In this document: positions 10,091 through 19,368 of the stretch, piece after piece
How positions within the stretch are numbered: the first letter of the stretch is position 1
Layout of the letters: the number at the start of each line of letters is the position of its first letter
Notes under the pieces: generated by a model
Database searches by the model: none
Seen by the model: only the letters and a program-made list of their open reading frames with translations
Told to the model about the DNA's origin: nothing
Assembly (NCBI GenBank): GCA_948505485.1
Contig: CAOPQH010000002.1
Coordinates: forward strand, 1 to 33,103
Source: an uncultured Clostridia bacterium
GTDB lineage: Bacteria; Bacillota; Clostridia; TANB77; CAG-508
Reading direction: 5' to 3'
DNA: 33,103 bases
Program-made: the position numbers and the translations under genes

Positions 10091-10122
10091 AAAAAAGGAA
10101 CAAAACTTTTTTTGTTTTGCCC
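10091..10122 (-). terminator. Terminator downstream of the sortase gene
   Basis: Minus-strand GGGCAAAAC/GUUUUGUUCC stem (with G:U pairs), followed by UUUUUUG. Confidence 0.5.
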
Positions 10123-10140
10123 TTTTTTATTATTCTAATT

Positions 10141-10836
10141 TTATTGATCTTCATCAGCTTTTGCCCAGATTATAATTCTTGTGCTACTATCATCATTGCA
10201 TGTTGATAATGATATTTCTCTTGCGCCATTTGTATTTCTAGTCATATACTCTGTATCTTCTGGTGTTGTTTCATATTTATTGTATATAGTATATGTAAGT
10301 TTATTTCCATCTAAATCTGTTATATATATTTTATCTCCATTTGATAATTTTTTATTATTAGAGAAAAATAATCCATTTCTATAATTGTGTCCTACTATTA
10401 CAGTATTGCCTGGTTGGTTTGGTCCTGGTCCATATAAAACTGCAACTGCAACTTCAATTGATTTTTTTGTTACTTTTTCAAGTATTGGATATTTTACTTG
10501 AGTTTTTGGGATTTCTATTGTTCCTAAAACATTAAATCCTTTATATGTTACTTTTCTCTTTCCTGTTGTTGTTCCTGATGATTCAATTTGATTTAATGCA
10601 TTTGGATCTCCTTCTGTATTATCTGAGTCATCAGAATCTTGTATAGACATATCTTGTGCAAAAGAGTCTACAAATTCTTCTGTATCTTTTGATATAAAAT
10701 GTTTTTGATAAGCATCATATGCAAAAAATCCCACTAAACCTACTATTGCTATTATTACTACTACTAATAATGCTGTTAGAAGATTACTATATTTACTATC
10801 AAACATATTATTTACCTCCACTTTTGTATTATACAC
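10141..10836 (-). CDS. Sortase-family transpeptidase
   Basis: 231 aa. N-terminal membrane anchor (LLTALLVVVIIAIVGLVGFFAY), catalytic His (VIVGHN), a TLxTC-type Cys motif (ISLSTC) and a downstream Arg (STRIII). Confidence 0.75.
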   Translation of the reverse strand: MYNTKVEVNNMFDSKYSNLLTALLVVVIIAIVGLVGFFAYDAYQKHFISKDTEEFVDSFAQDMSIQDSDDSDNTEGDPNALNQIESSGTTTGKRKVTYKGFNVLGTIEIPKTQVKYPILEKVTKKSIEVAVAVLYGPGPNQPGNTVIVGHNYRNGLFFSNNKKLSNGDKIYITDLDGNKLTYTIYNKYETTPEDTEYMTRNTNGAREISLSTCNDDSSTRIIIWAKADEDQ

Positions 10837-10889
10837 CTATTTATATTATAACATATGTTATTAATTTTGTGTATAGTTTATTTGTAAAA

Positions 10890-11237
10890 TTATCCTACTA
10901 TTTTTTCTCCTAATGGCTTTCCTGCTAATAAATGGAAATGTAAATGCATGACCTCTTGTCCTCCATCTTTACCACAATTAACAATTACTCTATATCCTTT
11001 ATCTTTAAATTGTTGGTCTTCTGCTATTTTATTTATAACCATATATATTTTTCCAATTATTTTTTCATCATCTTCTTCAATATTAGCTAAACTGTCTATA
11101 TGTTTTTTAGGTATTACTAAAATATGAATTGGTGCTGCTGGTTGAATATCTTTGAATGCTAAAATCTCTTCATCTTCATATACTTTTTCTGATGGAATAT
11201 CTCCATTAATTATTTTACAAAATAAGCAATCTTTCAT
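10890..11237 (-). CDS. HIT-family (histidine triad) nucleotide hydrolase
   Basis: 115 aa with C-terminal HLHFHLL and N-terminal CLFCKI. Confidence 0.9.
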   Translation of the reverse strand: MKDCLFCKIINGDIPSEKVYEDEEILAFKDIQPAAPIHILVIPKKHIDSLANIEEDDEKIIGKIYMVINKIAEDQQFKDKGYRVIVNCGKDGGQEVMHLHFHLLAGKPLGEKIVG

Positions 11238-11281
11238 TTTTATTATTCCTTTCTAATTTTAAAAATCTAAAATTTGAAATT

Positions 11282-11370
11282 GGAAGTAGAAAGTCAGAGG
11301 TCGGATGTCAGATGTTGGAAGTTAGAACTAATAGTTCTATTTCACCGACTTCTACTTCAACTAACCTCTA
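11282..11370. repeat. Family A heptamer-array inverted-arm element, copy a (outside the r-protein operon)
   Basis: The left arm is an array of NGTYAGA-like units (gaagtaga aagtcaga ggtcgga tgtcaga tgttgga agttaga). There is a central hairpin tagaact/agttcta. The right arm is an array of TCTRAC-like units (cgactt ctactt caacta acctcta). It abuts the stop codon of the alaS-like gene. Confidence 0.7.
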
Positions 11371-13119
11371 TTATTCTAAAATTGCCTTAATACGCCTTAT
11401 ACCTGCTGAACTTGCCTCTTCTTTTTTGATTTTGAATTTTCCTATTTCACTTGTATTTCTTACATGAGGTCCTCCACATAGTTCTTTAGAAATATTTCCT
11501 ATTTTATATACAGTAACAATATCTGGATATTTTTCAATGAACATACATTCAGCGCCTGATTTTATAGCTTCTTCTTTTGTCATTTCTTCTATAGTAACTG
11601 GAAGCTCTGCTTGTATCCACTCATTTACTAAATCTTCTGTTTTTTTCTTTTCTTCATCTGTTAATTTATGGTCACAATTAAAATCAAATCTCATTCTTTC
11701 TGTTGTTATGTTTGAGCCACGTTGATGAGTATCTGGACCTAATACAACTTTTAATGCTGCATTTAATAAGTGTGTTGCTGTATGATATGCTACTGTAACT
11801 TCATTTTGTTCTGCTAATCCACCTTTAAATTTTTGTTCAGATCCTTGTCTTGATTTTTCTTGATGTTCTTTAAATAATTTGTCAAATTCTTGTATATCAA
11901 CTGTCAATTTATTTTCTTCTGCTAATTCTTTTGTAACTTCTGGAGGAAATCCATAAGTATCATATAATTTAAATACTACTTTTCCACTTATTAATTTTTC
12001 TCCATTTTGAATTGCTTTATTCATTTCTTTATTAAATTCTTTTTCGCCATATGCAAGTGTTTTAACAAATTTATTTTTTTCTTCTATTATTGTATTTTTT
12101 ATGATTTCGAAATTATTTTCTAATTCTGGATACATTTCTTTTAGATTCTGCACATAAATTTCAATTAATGTGGAAATTTCATTTAAGTCTATTTGCAATT
12201 TATTCATATGTCTAATCATTCTACGAATTAATCTTCTTAAAACATATCCTCTATCAACATTACTTGGTCTTCCTCCATCAGATATTATCATCATACTTGA
12301 ACGCAAATGCTCTGCAATTATTCTTCTACTTTCAATATAATCTATTTTTTGTAATTCAAATAGTTTGTCCATTACTGGTTTAAATAATTCTGTATCAAAT
12401 GGCGTTTCTTTTCCTTGTAATAACATAGCCATTCTTTCTAGTCCTAATCCTGTATCAACATTTTTCTGCTTTAATGGTGTTAATTCTCCATTTTCATCTT
12501 TAAAGAATTGCATAAATACATTGTTCCATATTTCAACATATTTACCACAGTCACAATCTGGATTACAATTTTCAGAGCATTTAGGTTTTCCTGTATCATA
12601 AAATATTTCTGTATCACTTCCACAAGGACCTGTTTCTCCTGCTATCCACCAATTGTCTTTTAAGAAATATATATTATTTTTAGATATTCCAGCTTTTTGC
12701 CAGTAAGTTGCTGTTTCTTCATCTTTTTGTAAGACTTCATTTCCTCCAAAAACTGTTATATATAATTTTTCTACTGGTATTTTCAATTCTTTAGTTAAAA
12801 AATCAAAACTCATTTGAATAGATTCTTCTTTAAAATAATCTCCTAAAGACCAGTTTCCTAGCATTTCAAAATATGTTAAATGTCTATTATCTCCAACTTC
12901 GTCAATATCAACTGTTCTGACACACTTTTGAAAATCTGTAAGACGATTTCCCTCTGGATGCTTTTGTCCAAGTAAATAAGGTACAAGAGGTTGCATTCCA
13001 GCTGTATTAAACAATACAGATGGGTCGTTTTCTGGAATTAGTGGTGCACTAGGTATAACTTTGTGACCATGTTTTTCAAAAAATTTTAAATATTTATTTC
13101 TTATATCTATTGCTTTCAT
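11371..13119 (-). CDS. alaS: Short alanine--tRNA ligase homologue (catalytic, tRNA-recognition and minimal editing core domains; no C-Ala domain)
   Basis: 582 aa. The N-terminus is typical of AlaRS (FNTAGMQP, YFEMLGNWSLGDYFK, GLGLERM). The C-terminal ~145 aa carries the HxxxH (HTATHLL) and CxxxH (CGGPHV) editing-site motifs. It ends right after the editing core, whereas canonical bacterial AlaRS is about 870 aa. Confidence 0.8.
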   Translation of the reverse strand: MKAIDIRNKYLKFFEKHGHKVIPSAPLIPENDPSVLFNTAGMQPLVPYLLGQKHPEGNRLTDFQKCVRTVDIDEVGDNRHLTYFEMLGNWSLGDYFKEESIQMSFDFLTKELKIPVEKLYITVFGGNEVLQKDEETATYWQKAGISKNNIYFLKDNWWIAGETGPCGSDTEIFYDTGKPKCSENCNPDCDCGKYVEIWNNVFMQFFKDENGELTPLKQKNVDTGLGLERMAMLLQGKETPFDTELFKPVMDKLFELQKIDYIESRRIIAEHLRSSMMIISDGGRPSNVDRGYVLRRLIRRMIRHMNKLQIDLNEISTLIEIYVQNLKEMYPELENNFEIIKNTIIEEKNKFVKTLAYGEKEFNKEMNKAIQNGEKLISGKVVFKLYDTYGFPPEVTKELAEENKLTVDIQEFDKLFKEHQEKSRQGSEQKFKGGLAEQNEVTVAYHTATHLLNAALKVVLGPDTHQRGSNITTERMRFDFNCDHKLTDEEKKKTEDLVNEWIQAELPVTIEEMTKEEAIKSGAECMFIEKYPDIVTVYKIGNISKELCGGPHVRNTSEIGKFKIKKEEASSAGIRRIKAILE

Positions 13120-13228
13120 ATAATCTCCTCTTAAAATGAATATTTTATATAAGTAATTATTCTATAATTTACTAGTTTTACTAATAAATTATACTTCATA
13201 AAATTTAAAAAAGCAAGAAAAATGTAAA

Positions 13229-13265
13229 AGTCAAATGGAGATTTAACTTAAATCTCCATTTGACT
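13229..13265 (-). terminator. Terminator of spoVT, with its stem overlapping the last codons
   Basis: Perfect 17-bp stem agtcaaatggagattta/taaatctccatttgact with a 3-nt loop, followed on the minus strand by a U-rich tract. Confidence 0.7.
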
Positions 13266-13802
13266 ACCTAAAAATGTTGCAGCAGATTGTGCTACTTTTT
13301 TCTCAACATCATTCATTTTTGTTTTTGACTCTTTTGACATTAAAATAACTGTACCAATTGTATCTCCATTAGAAATTATTGGATACACAACTTGTGAATT
13401 ATATTTTCTTTCATTTGTATCATTTTTTGTAATAGGCATAGATAGATCACTATTTTCTTTACTTGTATATACTTCTTTATCTTCCATTAATTGTTCTAAT
13501 TCTTCACTTATATCTTGCTCTAAAAATTCTTTTTTAGATCCTCCTGATACTGCAATTACTGTATCTTTATCTGTTATACAAGCTATATGTCCTGTTGTTT
13601 TTGATAATGTTTCTGCATAACCTGATGCAAATTCTGAAAGTTCTCCTATAGGAGAATATTTTTTTAATATTACTTGACCTTCTCTGTCTGTAAATATTTC
13701 TAATGGGTCGCCTTCTTTTATACGTAATGTTTTTCTTATTTCTTTTGGTATAACTACTCTACCTAAATCATCTATTCTTCTTACAACTCCAGTTGCTTTC
13801 AT
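13248..13802 (-). CDS. spoVT: Stage V sporulation protein T (AbrB-family N-domain plus GAF-like C-domain)
   Basis: 184 aa. MKATGVVRRIDDLGRVVIPKEIRKTLRIKEGDPLEIF is the SpoVT/AbrB swapped-hairpin domain. Length and C-domain fit SpoVT. Confidence 0.85.
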   Translation of the reverse strand: MKATGVVRRIDDLGRVVIPKEIRKTLRIKEGDPLEIFTDREGQVILKKYSPIGELSEFASGYAETLSKTTGHIACITDKDTVIAVSGGSKKEFLEQDISEELEQLMEDKEVYTSKENSDLSMPITKNDTNERKYNSQVVYPIISNGDTIGTVILMSKESKTKMNDVEKKVAQSAATFLGSQMEI

Positions 13803-13890
13803 AATATTCCTCCTTATTTTATTTTCATAATCTTATTATGTCAAATAAGGAAAATTTTATGCATTTTTTATTTTTAATTCATATGAATGT

Positions 13891-13919
13891 AAAAAAGTAG
13901 CAATGATTGCTACTTTTTT
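13891..13919. terminator. Terminator downstream of the KAP NTPase gene
   Basis: Perfect 13-bp stem aaaaaagtagcaa/ttgctactttttt with a 3-nt loop. It overlaps the stop codon. Confidence 0.7.
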
Positions 13920-15906
13920 ATTCTGTTATATTTTCTATTTTTTCTTCCTTCTTAGGTAAAAGTGTCATTTTATATTTTTCTAAAATATTTCCTAATTCTT
14001 TTGATAAGTCTTTTAGCATTACTATTTTTATGGTTGTCTCTTTTCCTTTATTATAGTCATCTATAACTTGTTTTAATTGTTTAATATTCTTCATTTCTGG
14101 CTCAATCTCTTTTGTATATTTATTTGCTCTATTTATCAATTTTTCTTTTATCATAACTATATCTTCATTACTTGCACATGAAATTCTTTGGAATAATTGA
14201 TATACATCATAATACTTAAATATAGGTATATCCATACATTCTTTATCAAATCTTTCATAGAATTTTTCCATTTTCATTGGAATACACTTGAATATATCTT
14301 CTGCCTTTTCTCTAAACATTTTGTCATGTAATTGCTCATTTAAATTGTTAAAGTGTTTTAATATATCATCCATATCTTCTGTAACTTCATCTATTGCTAT
14401 TTTATCTAATTCTTCTTCAACATTATCACAATATTCTGATGTTAATGATGATATATTCATTCCATTAAAAAATATATTTTTTAATTCTTTTATATCATAA
14501 GTTATAAGAGCTTTTCTTGAAAAATAACTAAAGTAAGCATATAATTTAACAATATCTATTGTTCTTAAATTTCCTGTTTGAACATCTCCTATTACTTCTT
14601 CTATTACTCCATCAAATTGATCATCAGATATCTTCCAATATTCTTCTGTAAGAAGCCTTTTATATCCTGGCAAATTTTCTGTATCTATTGTATTTCTTAT
14701 TGTTTCCATATTATCTCTAAAAATTTTTAGATCGAATATTCTTGTTCGTACATAGTATTCTATAAATTTAAAAAATCTGTATTCTGCTTTAAAATTATAG
14801 TAATAATTGCTATCAAATTCTCTAATATAGAATTGTCTATTATCCATCAATACTCTTGAAGAAACTAATATAGATCGATATTCTTCATTATCTTTAATAT
14901 TTACAAATTTGTCTTTTGTTATTTTTCCTGCTTTAATTTCAAATGAAACTGCTATTGTAAATATTAACATTGTTTGCATTACTCTGTTATTTGTATTTGG
15001 ATACGATTTATTAACCATTTCAAATACCTTTTTAAAGTCATTTAAGGCGTGTTTTAAAATCCTTAAATTTCTTGTCCCACTTTTATTAAATGTAGATATT
15101 ATTAATCCTGTATTTTCTCTTAAAAATCTTATTAAATCCGGATTATTTTCGTATCTCATAAGAATTCCATTTATTATATAATCAAATTTAGGTGCATACT
15201 CAAAAGTTTCTCCAATTAATTTTTCTTTGATTCTTTCGTAATCATTTGCTTTATCGAAAACGTATTCAATCTTGTCTCTTATTTTTTCAACCATTGGTTT
15301 ATCATTTTTTTCTAGGTCACCTTGCTTGTCTAAAAGATAAGTTGCAATAAAAGTTTTCATCTCCAAATTGCTACTTTTTAGTTTAGTTGATAATTCCTTT
15401 TCGTTACATATAAGTATTGTTTTTATATGATCATGTTCAACAAAGTTATTTATATATCCTAAAATATCTATAACATCTACATTAGCTCTTTCTAAGTCAT
15501 CAAAGCATAGAACTTTATCATCTGTTGAGAAAAATTGTGCATAATCAATCTTTTCTCCATTTTGAGATACTCCAAAGAAATTAGCCATATCTATACCAGT
15601 TTTAGCATATTCTGGTATTTTTGATATATCTTTTGAGTCCATGTATTTTCTTAAGTTTTTATCCATTAATTGAGTAGTTTCTATAAACAATTTTTTACTT
15701 ATTTCTTCTAAATTAGATATACCATATAAAGACATATATATTGTTGTATATTTTTTTCCATTTATTTGTATAGATTCAATTTTATTTCTTATTTTGTTAT
15801 TCCAAAAATGAGTTTTACCAGATCCCCATTCTCCATTTATCATTACAGCATAATCTGTGTAGTCTGACCTTACATAATCTAATATACTCTCAATTAAATC
15901 TTCCAT
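13918..15906 (-). CDS. KAP-family-like P-loop NTPase (solitary)
   Basis: 662 aa. Walker A GEWGSGKTHF lies near the N-terminus, Walker B VLCFDDLERA about 110 aa later, followed by a long helical C-terminal region. It has its own terminator and sits between comFC and spoVT. Confidence 0.6.
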   Translation of the reverse strand: MEDLIESILDYVRSDYTDYAVMINGEWGSGKTHFWNNKIRNKIESIQINGKKYTTIYMSLYGISNLEEISKKLFIETTQLMDKNLRKYMDSKDISKIPEYAKTGIDMANFFGVSQNGEKIDYAQFFSTDDKVLCFDDLERANVDVIDILGYINNFVEHDHIKTILICNEKELSTKLKSSNLEMKTFIATYLLDKQGDLEKNDKPMVEKIRDKIEYVFDKANDYERIKEKLIGETFEYAPKFDYIINGILMRYENNPDLIRFLRENTGLIISTFNKSGTRNLRILKHALNDFKKVFEMVNKSYPNTNNRVMQTMLIFTIAVSFEIKAGKITKDKFVNIKDNEEYRSILVSSRVLMDNRQFYIREFDSNYYYNFKAEYRFFKFIEYYVRTRIFDLKIFRDNMETIRNTIDTENLPGYKRLLTEEYWKISDDQFDGVIEEVIGDVQTGNLRTIDIVKLYAYFSYFSRKALITYDIKELKNIFFNGMNISSLTSEYCDNVEEELDKIAIDEVTEDMDDILKHFNNLNEQLHDKMFREKAEDIFKCIPMKMEKFYERFDKECMDIPIFKYYDVYQLFQRISCASNEDIVMIKEKLINRANKYTKEIEPEMKNIKQLKQVIDDYNKGKETTIKIVMLKDLSKELGNILEKYKMTLLPKKEEKIENITE

Positions 15907-15946
15907 AATAAAATTCCTTTCTTTTGTATTTTTCCAACTTATTTTC

Positions 15947-16597
15947 TTAATCTTTTGCTATTGTTAATATTCCTATCTTCTTCGCACCATTTTGTATTAA
16001 TACCTTACTACATTCATTTACTGTGCTCCCAGTTGTATAAATATCATCAAATATTAATATCTTTTTATTTTGCATATTTTTAAGATTTTTTATTTTATAT
16101 GCATCTTTAATATTGTTTAATCTATCTTCTTTATTTAATGTACTTTGAGCAACTATATTTTTTGTTTTATATAATACATTTTTTTCTAAATTTATAAAAG
16201 CTTTTTTACTTATTTCTCTTGCAATTAGTAAGCTTTGGTTATATCCTCTTTCTTTTTTTCTTTGTTTACTAATTGGTACTGGTATTATTATATCATAAGT
16301 TTTTATATTTTCTATAAGTTTTTCATTTTTTAAGATATAATTTGACAAAGTTCTATAAATATATGATTTTTTATTAAATTTATATCCTATTATTAGTTTT
16401 CTTATAATTCCTTCATATATAAAACTATACATATGTTCATCATAATATGTTTCTTGGTCGTCTTCATAATTATCTATTTGAAAAACTTCGTGATTTTTTA
16501 AATTTATTTCACACCTTTTACATAGCCATTTTGTGTTTAGTTTTCCACATATTCCGCATACTGGTGGATAAATTAAATCTAATATTTTTTCTAAAAT
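15947..16597 (-). CDS. comFC: ComF-family phosphoribosyltransferase (ComFC), probably starting at a non-canonical codon upstream of the tracked Met
   Basis: PRPP-binding motif ILIFDDIYTTGST. The reading frame stays open upstream of the Met at 16432 up to 16630. That stretch encodes ILEKILDLIYPPVCGICGKLNTKWLCKRCE, the CxxC..CxxC zinc finger expected at ComFC N-termini. No ATG, GTG or TTG lies in that stretch. ATT at 16597-16595 follows AAAGGGA by 5 nt. Confidence 0.65.
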   Translation of the reverse strand: MLEKILDLIYPPVCGICGKLNTKWLCKRCEINLKNHEVFQIDNYEDDQETYYDEHMYSFIYEGIIRKLIIGYKFNKKSYIYRTLSNYILKNEKLIENIKTYDIIIPVPISKQRKKERGYNQSLLIAREISKKAFINLEKNVLYKTKNIVAQSTLNKEDRLNNIKDAYKIKNLKNMQNKKILIFDDIYTTGSTVNECSKVLIQNGAKKIGILTIAKD

Positions 16598-16619
16598 GTT
16601 ATTCCCTTTCTTTCTGCCC

Positions 16620-18836
16620 CTATAAATTTTTTAACTTATATTCTAACCCTGTATTTCTTTTTTTACTGTCTACATTATTTATCATAAAATTCACTACATT
16701 TTCATTTCCTATTATAATCATTAATTTCTTTGCTCTTGTAAGCCCTGTATATAACAAATTTCTAGTTAATAATACTGGTGCTGATGGTGCTATTGGTAAT
16801 ATTACTACATCAAATTCACTACCTTGTGCTTTATGAATTGTTATGCTATAACTATGTTCTATTTGGTCTAACTCATTATATTGATACCAACATATTTTAT
16901 CATCATCAAACTTTATCTTAACTTGTTTTTCATGTTCATCTATTTTTAAAATTGTACCAATTTCTCCATTAAATACTCCGCTTCCCTTTTCTTCTTTTTC
17001 ATCTTTTTCCCAATAAATATCATAATTATTTTTTATTTGCATAATTCTGTCGCCTATTCTATAAATAACTCCTGTTGCCATCTTTTCTTGTTTATATTCA
17101 GATGCTGGATTTAGAGTTTTTTGTAAAACCTTATTTAATTCTTTAGTACCTAACATTCCTTTTTTGGTTGGTGTTAATACTTGTATATTTTGAAAAAAAT
17201 CATAGTCTCCATAATTTTGTAATCTTCCATTACATAGAGAAATAACTTGTTCTAAAATTTTTTCTTGATTGTTCTCTTTTATAAAGAAAAAATCTTGTTT
17301 CATATTGTCATCTTCGTCATTTTTAGAAATAAAACTTTCTCCATTATTAACTCTATGTGAGTTTAATACTATTTTACTTTGTGCAGCTTGTCTAAATATT
17401 TTGTCTAAATATACTGTTACTATTTTGTTTGAATTTATAATATCTTTTAAAACACTTCCTGGTCCTACTGATGGGAGTTGATCACTATCTCCTACAAAAA
17501 CTACTTTTGTTCCTTGGTATATTGATTTTAATAAATAATTCATTAAAAAAACATCTACCATAGATACTTCGTCTACTATTATTATATCACCATCTATTGG
17601 CATTCCTTCGTAATCGTTTTCTTTTTGATGTAAATAATCTTCATTTATTTTTCCTATTTCTAGTAATCTATGTAAAGTACTTGCCTCTTCTCCTGTAGTC
17701 TCTGTCATTCTCTTAGCTGCTCTTCCCGTTGGTGCTGCTAAAACTATTTTATTTCCTTTTTCTTGATATATATTTATAATACTTCTTATAATAGTTGTTT
17801 TTCCTGTTCCTGGTCCTCCTGTTATTACTGTTACATTATTTTCGTTTACTGACCTTATGGCTTCTTTTTGCTTTTCTGATAAATTTATATCTATGTTTTC
17901 TTCTGCTCTTTTTAGGGCAACTTCTATGTTTTTTATTTTCTTTATATTTTTAAAATTATTTAATCTTATAAGTCTTTGAGCTATTTCTTTTTCTGTTTTA
18001 TAAAAATTGTATAAATATATCCATTGTTCTTTTTCGTTTCTTTCTTCTATAACAATCTCATCTTTTACTTTTAAATTTATTATCGAATCTTCTATAATTT
18101 CTGCTTCTACTCCTAAAAGCTGACCTGTAAATTCTATTAAATTTTCCTTTAATACACAACAATTCCCATTATATGTTGCTCTAATTAATCCATATTTTAT
18201 CCCACTTTTCACTCTTTTTTGATTGTCATAACTCATTCCTAAATCTAAAGCCATTTTGTCTATTTGTTTAAAATCTATTCCTCTAGTTATATCTATAAGT
18301 ATATATGGATTAGCTTCTATTTCTTCTATTGCATTTACTCCTAATAAGTTAAATACTTTTTTGGCGTTCTCTGCGCCTATTCCAAATCTCTCTAAAAATC
18401 CTACAATTTGCCATACTTCCCAATTTTCTATAAAACTTTGTCCTATTTCTATTGCTTTGTCTTTTGATATTCCTTTTATTTGTGATAATTTCTCTGGATT
18501 AAATTTAAATACGCTTATTGTCTCTTCTCCAAATTTGTTAATTATTTTTTTAGCAGTTGCTGGTCCTATTCCTTTAATATTGCCGTTTGCTAAATATTTC
18601 TCTAATGCGCCTAATGTTTGTGGCATTAACTTCTCGAAAGTATCAACTTTAAATTGAACTCCATATTCTTTGTGTTCAACAAATTTTCCTATTACCTTTA
18701 ATGTGTCTCCAGAATTAATAAAAGGAAGATATCCTACTATTGTTGTTTCTTCTTCCTCTGTCTGAAATACTGCTATTGTATAACTATTTAGTTCATTTTT
18801 ATATATGATATCTTCTACTTCTCCTGTTAGTTCCAA
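16620..18836 (-). CDS. recD2: RecD2-type SF1B ATP-dependent DNA helicase (RecD/TraA family)
   Basis: 738 aa. N-terminal OB/HhH region, Walker A GGPGTGKTT, Walker B IIIVDEVSM, and C-terminal YSITIHKAQGSEF and LLYTGLTRAK motifs. Confidence 0.9.
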   Translation of the reverse strand: MELTGEVEDIIYKNELNSYTIAVFQTEEEETTIVGYLPFINSGDTLKVIGKFVEHKEYGVQFKVDTFEKLMPQTLGALEKYLANGNIKGIGPATAKKIINKFGEETISVFKFNPEKLSQIKGISKDKAIEIGQSFIENWEVWQIVGFLERFGIGAENAKKVFNLLGVNAIEEIEANPYILIDITRGIDFKQIDKMALDLGMSYDNQKRVKSGIKYGLIRATYNGNCCVLKENLIEFTGQLLGVEAEIIEDSIINLKVKDEIVIEERNEKEQWIYLYNFYKTEKEIAQRLIRLNNFKNIKKIKNIEVALKRAEENIDINLSEKQKEAIRSVNENNVTVITGGPGTGKTTIIRSIINIYQEKGNKIVLAAPTGRAAKRMTETTGEEASTLHRLLEIGKINEDYLHQKENDYEGMPIDGDIIIVDEVSMVDVFLMNYLLKSIYQGTKVVFVGDSDQLPSVGPGSVLKDIINSNKIVTVYLDKIFRQAAQSKIVLNSHRVNNGESFISKNDEDDNMKQDFFFIKENNQEKILEQVISLCNGRLQNYGDYDFFQNIQVLTPTKKGMLGTKELNKVLQKTLNPASEYKQEKMATGVIYRIGDRIMQIKNNYDIYWEKDEKEEKGSGVFNGEIGTILKIDEHEKQVKIKFDDDKICWYQYNELDQIEHSYSITIHKAQGSEFDVVILPIAPSAPVLLTRNLLYTGLTRAKKLMIIIGNENVVNFMINNVDSKKRNTGLEYKLKNL

Positions 18837-18927
18837 AACTTACCTCTTTTCCGTTAATTTCTAATTTAAAGTCTATCATAAGAGTTATGAATTTTCAATA
18901 AATTGTTATAATTTTATGGTTCTTATT

Positions 18928-19281
18928 TTATACATTATTTATATTTTCCATTGTTTCTTTAAATTCTTTCCATTCTACCACTTCTATGCATTTATAATCT
19001 TTAGATAATTTTTCTAAAATTTCTTTCGTGTTATCTTTTGAATTTAAATCTGTTACAATCACATTTCTTATGTACTCATCTTTTCCATATAATATCCTAA
19101 ATAATATTGATCTTAAAAACACTTCTATTTTATTTTCTTGATTTTTTACTGCTATTATCATATAGATTCCATCTGCTTTTAAGTTTGTATATGTGTATGT
19201 AAATATTATGTTTTTGATTATTTCAAATAATCCATATATTGCTAATGTCCAAATAATAGCATTTATTATAAATGTTGACAT
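18928..19281 (-). CDS. Hypothetical membrane-anchored protein
   Basis: 117 aa. N-terminal hydrophobic helix, RBS AGGAGG. No family was recognised. Confidence 0.45.
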   Translation of the reverse strand: MSTFIINAIIWTLAIYGLFEIIKNIIFTYTYTNLKADGIYMIIAVKNQENKIEVFLRSILFRILYGKDEYIRNVIVTDLNSKDNTKEILEKLSKDYKCIEVVEWKEFKETMENINNV

Positions 19282-19339
19282 CTTCTCATGCCTCCTTGTT
19301 ATGGATATTGTATGTGTATTTTAGAATTTTGTGAAAAAG

Positions 19340-19366
19340 CAAAAAAGAAGTCTTGTTATAAGACCC
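19340..19366 (-). terminator. Terminator at the end of the alpha operon (after rplQ)
   Basis: Minus-strand GGUCUU/AAGACU hairpin, followed by UCUUUUUUGCUUUUU. Confidence 0.6.
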
Positions 19367-19368
19367 CT

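Noticed and set aside
13120-13228. Possible T-box leader upstream of the alaS-like gene
   Set aside because: Only about 110-130 nt are available. I saw no specifier-loop or T-box consensus, and most of the region is the spoVT terminator and its A/T tracts.
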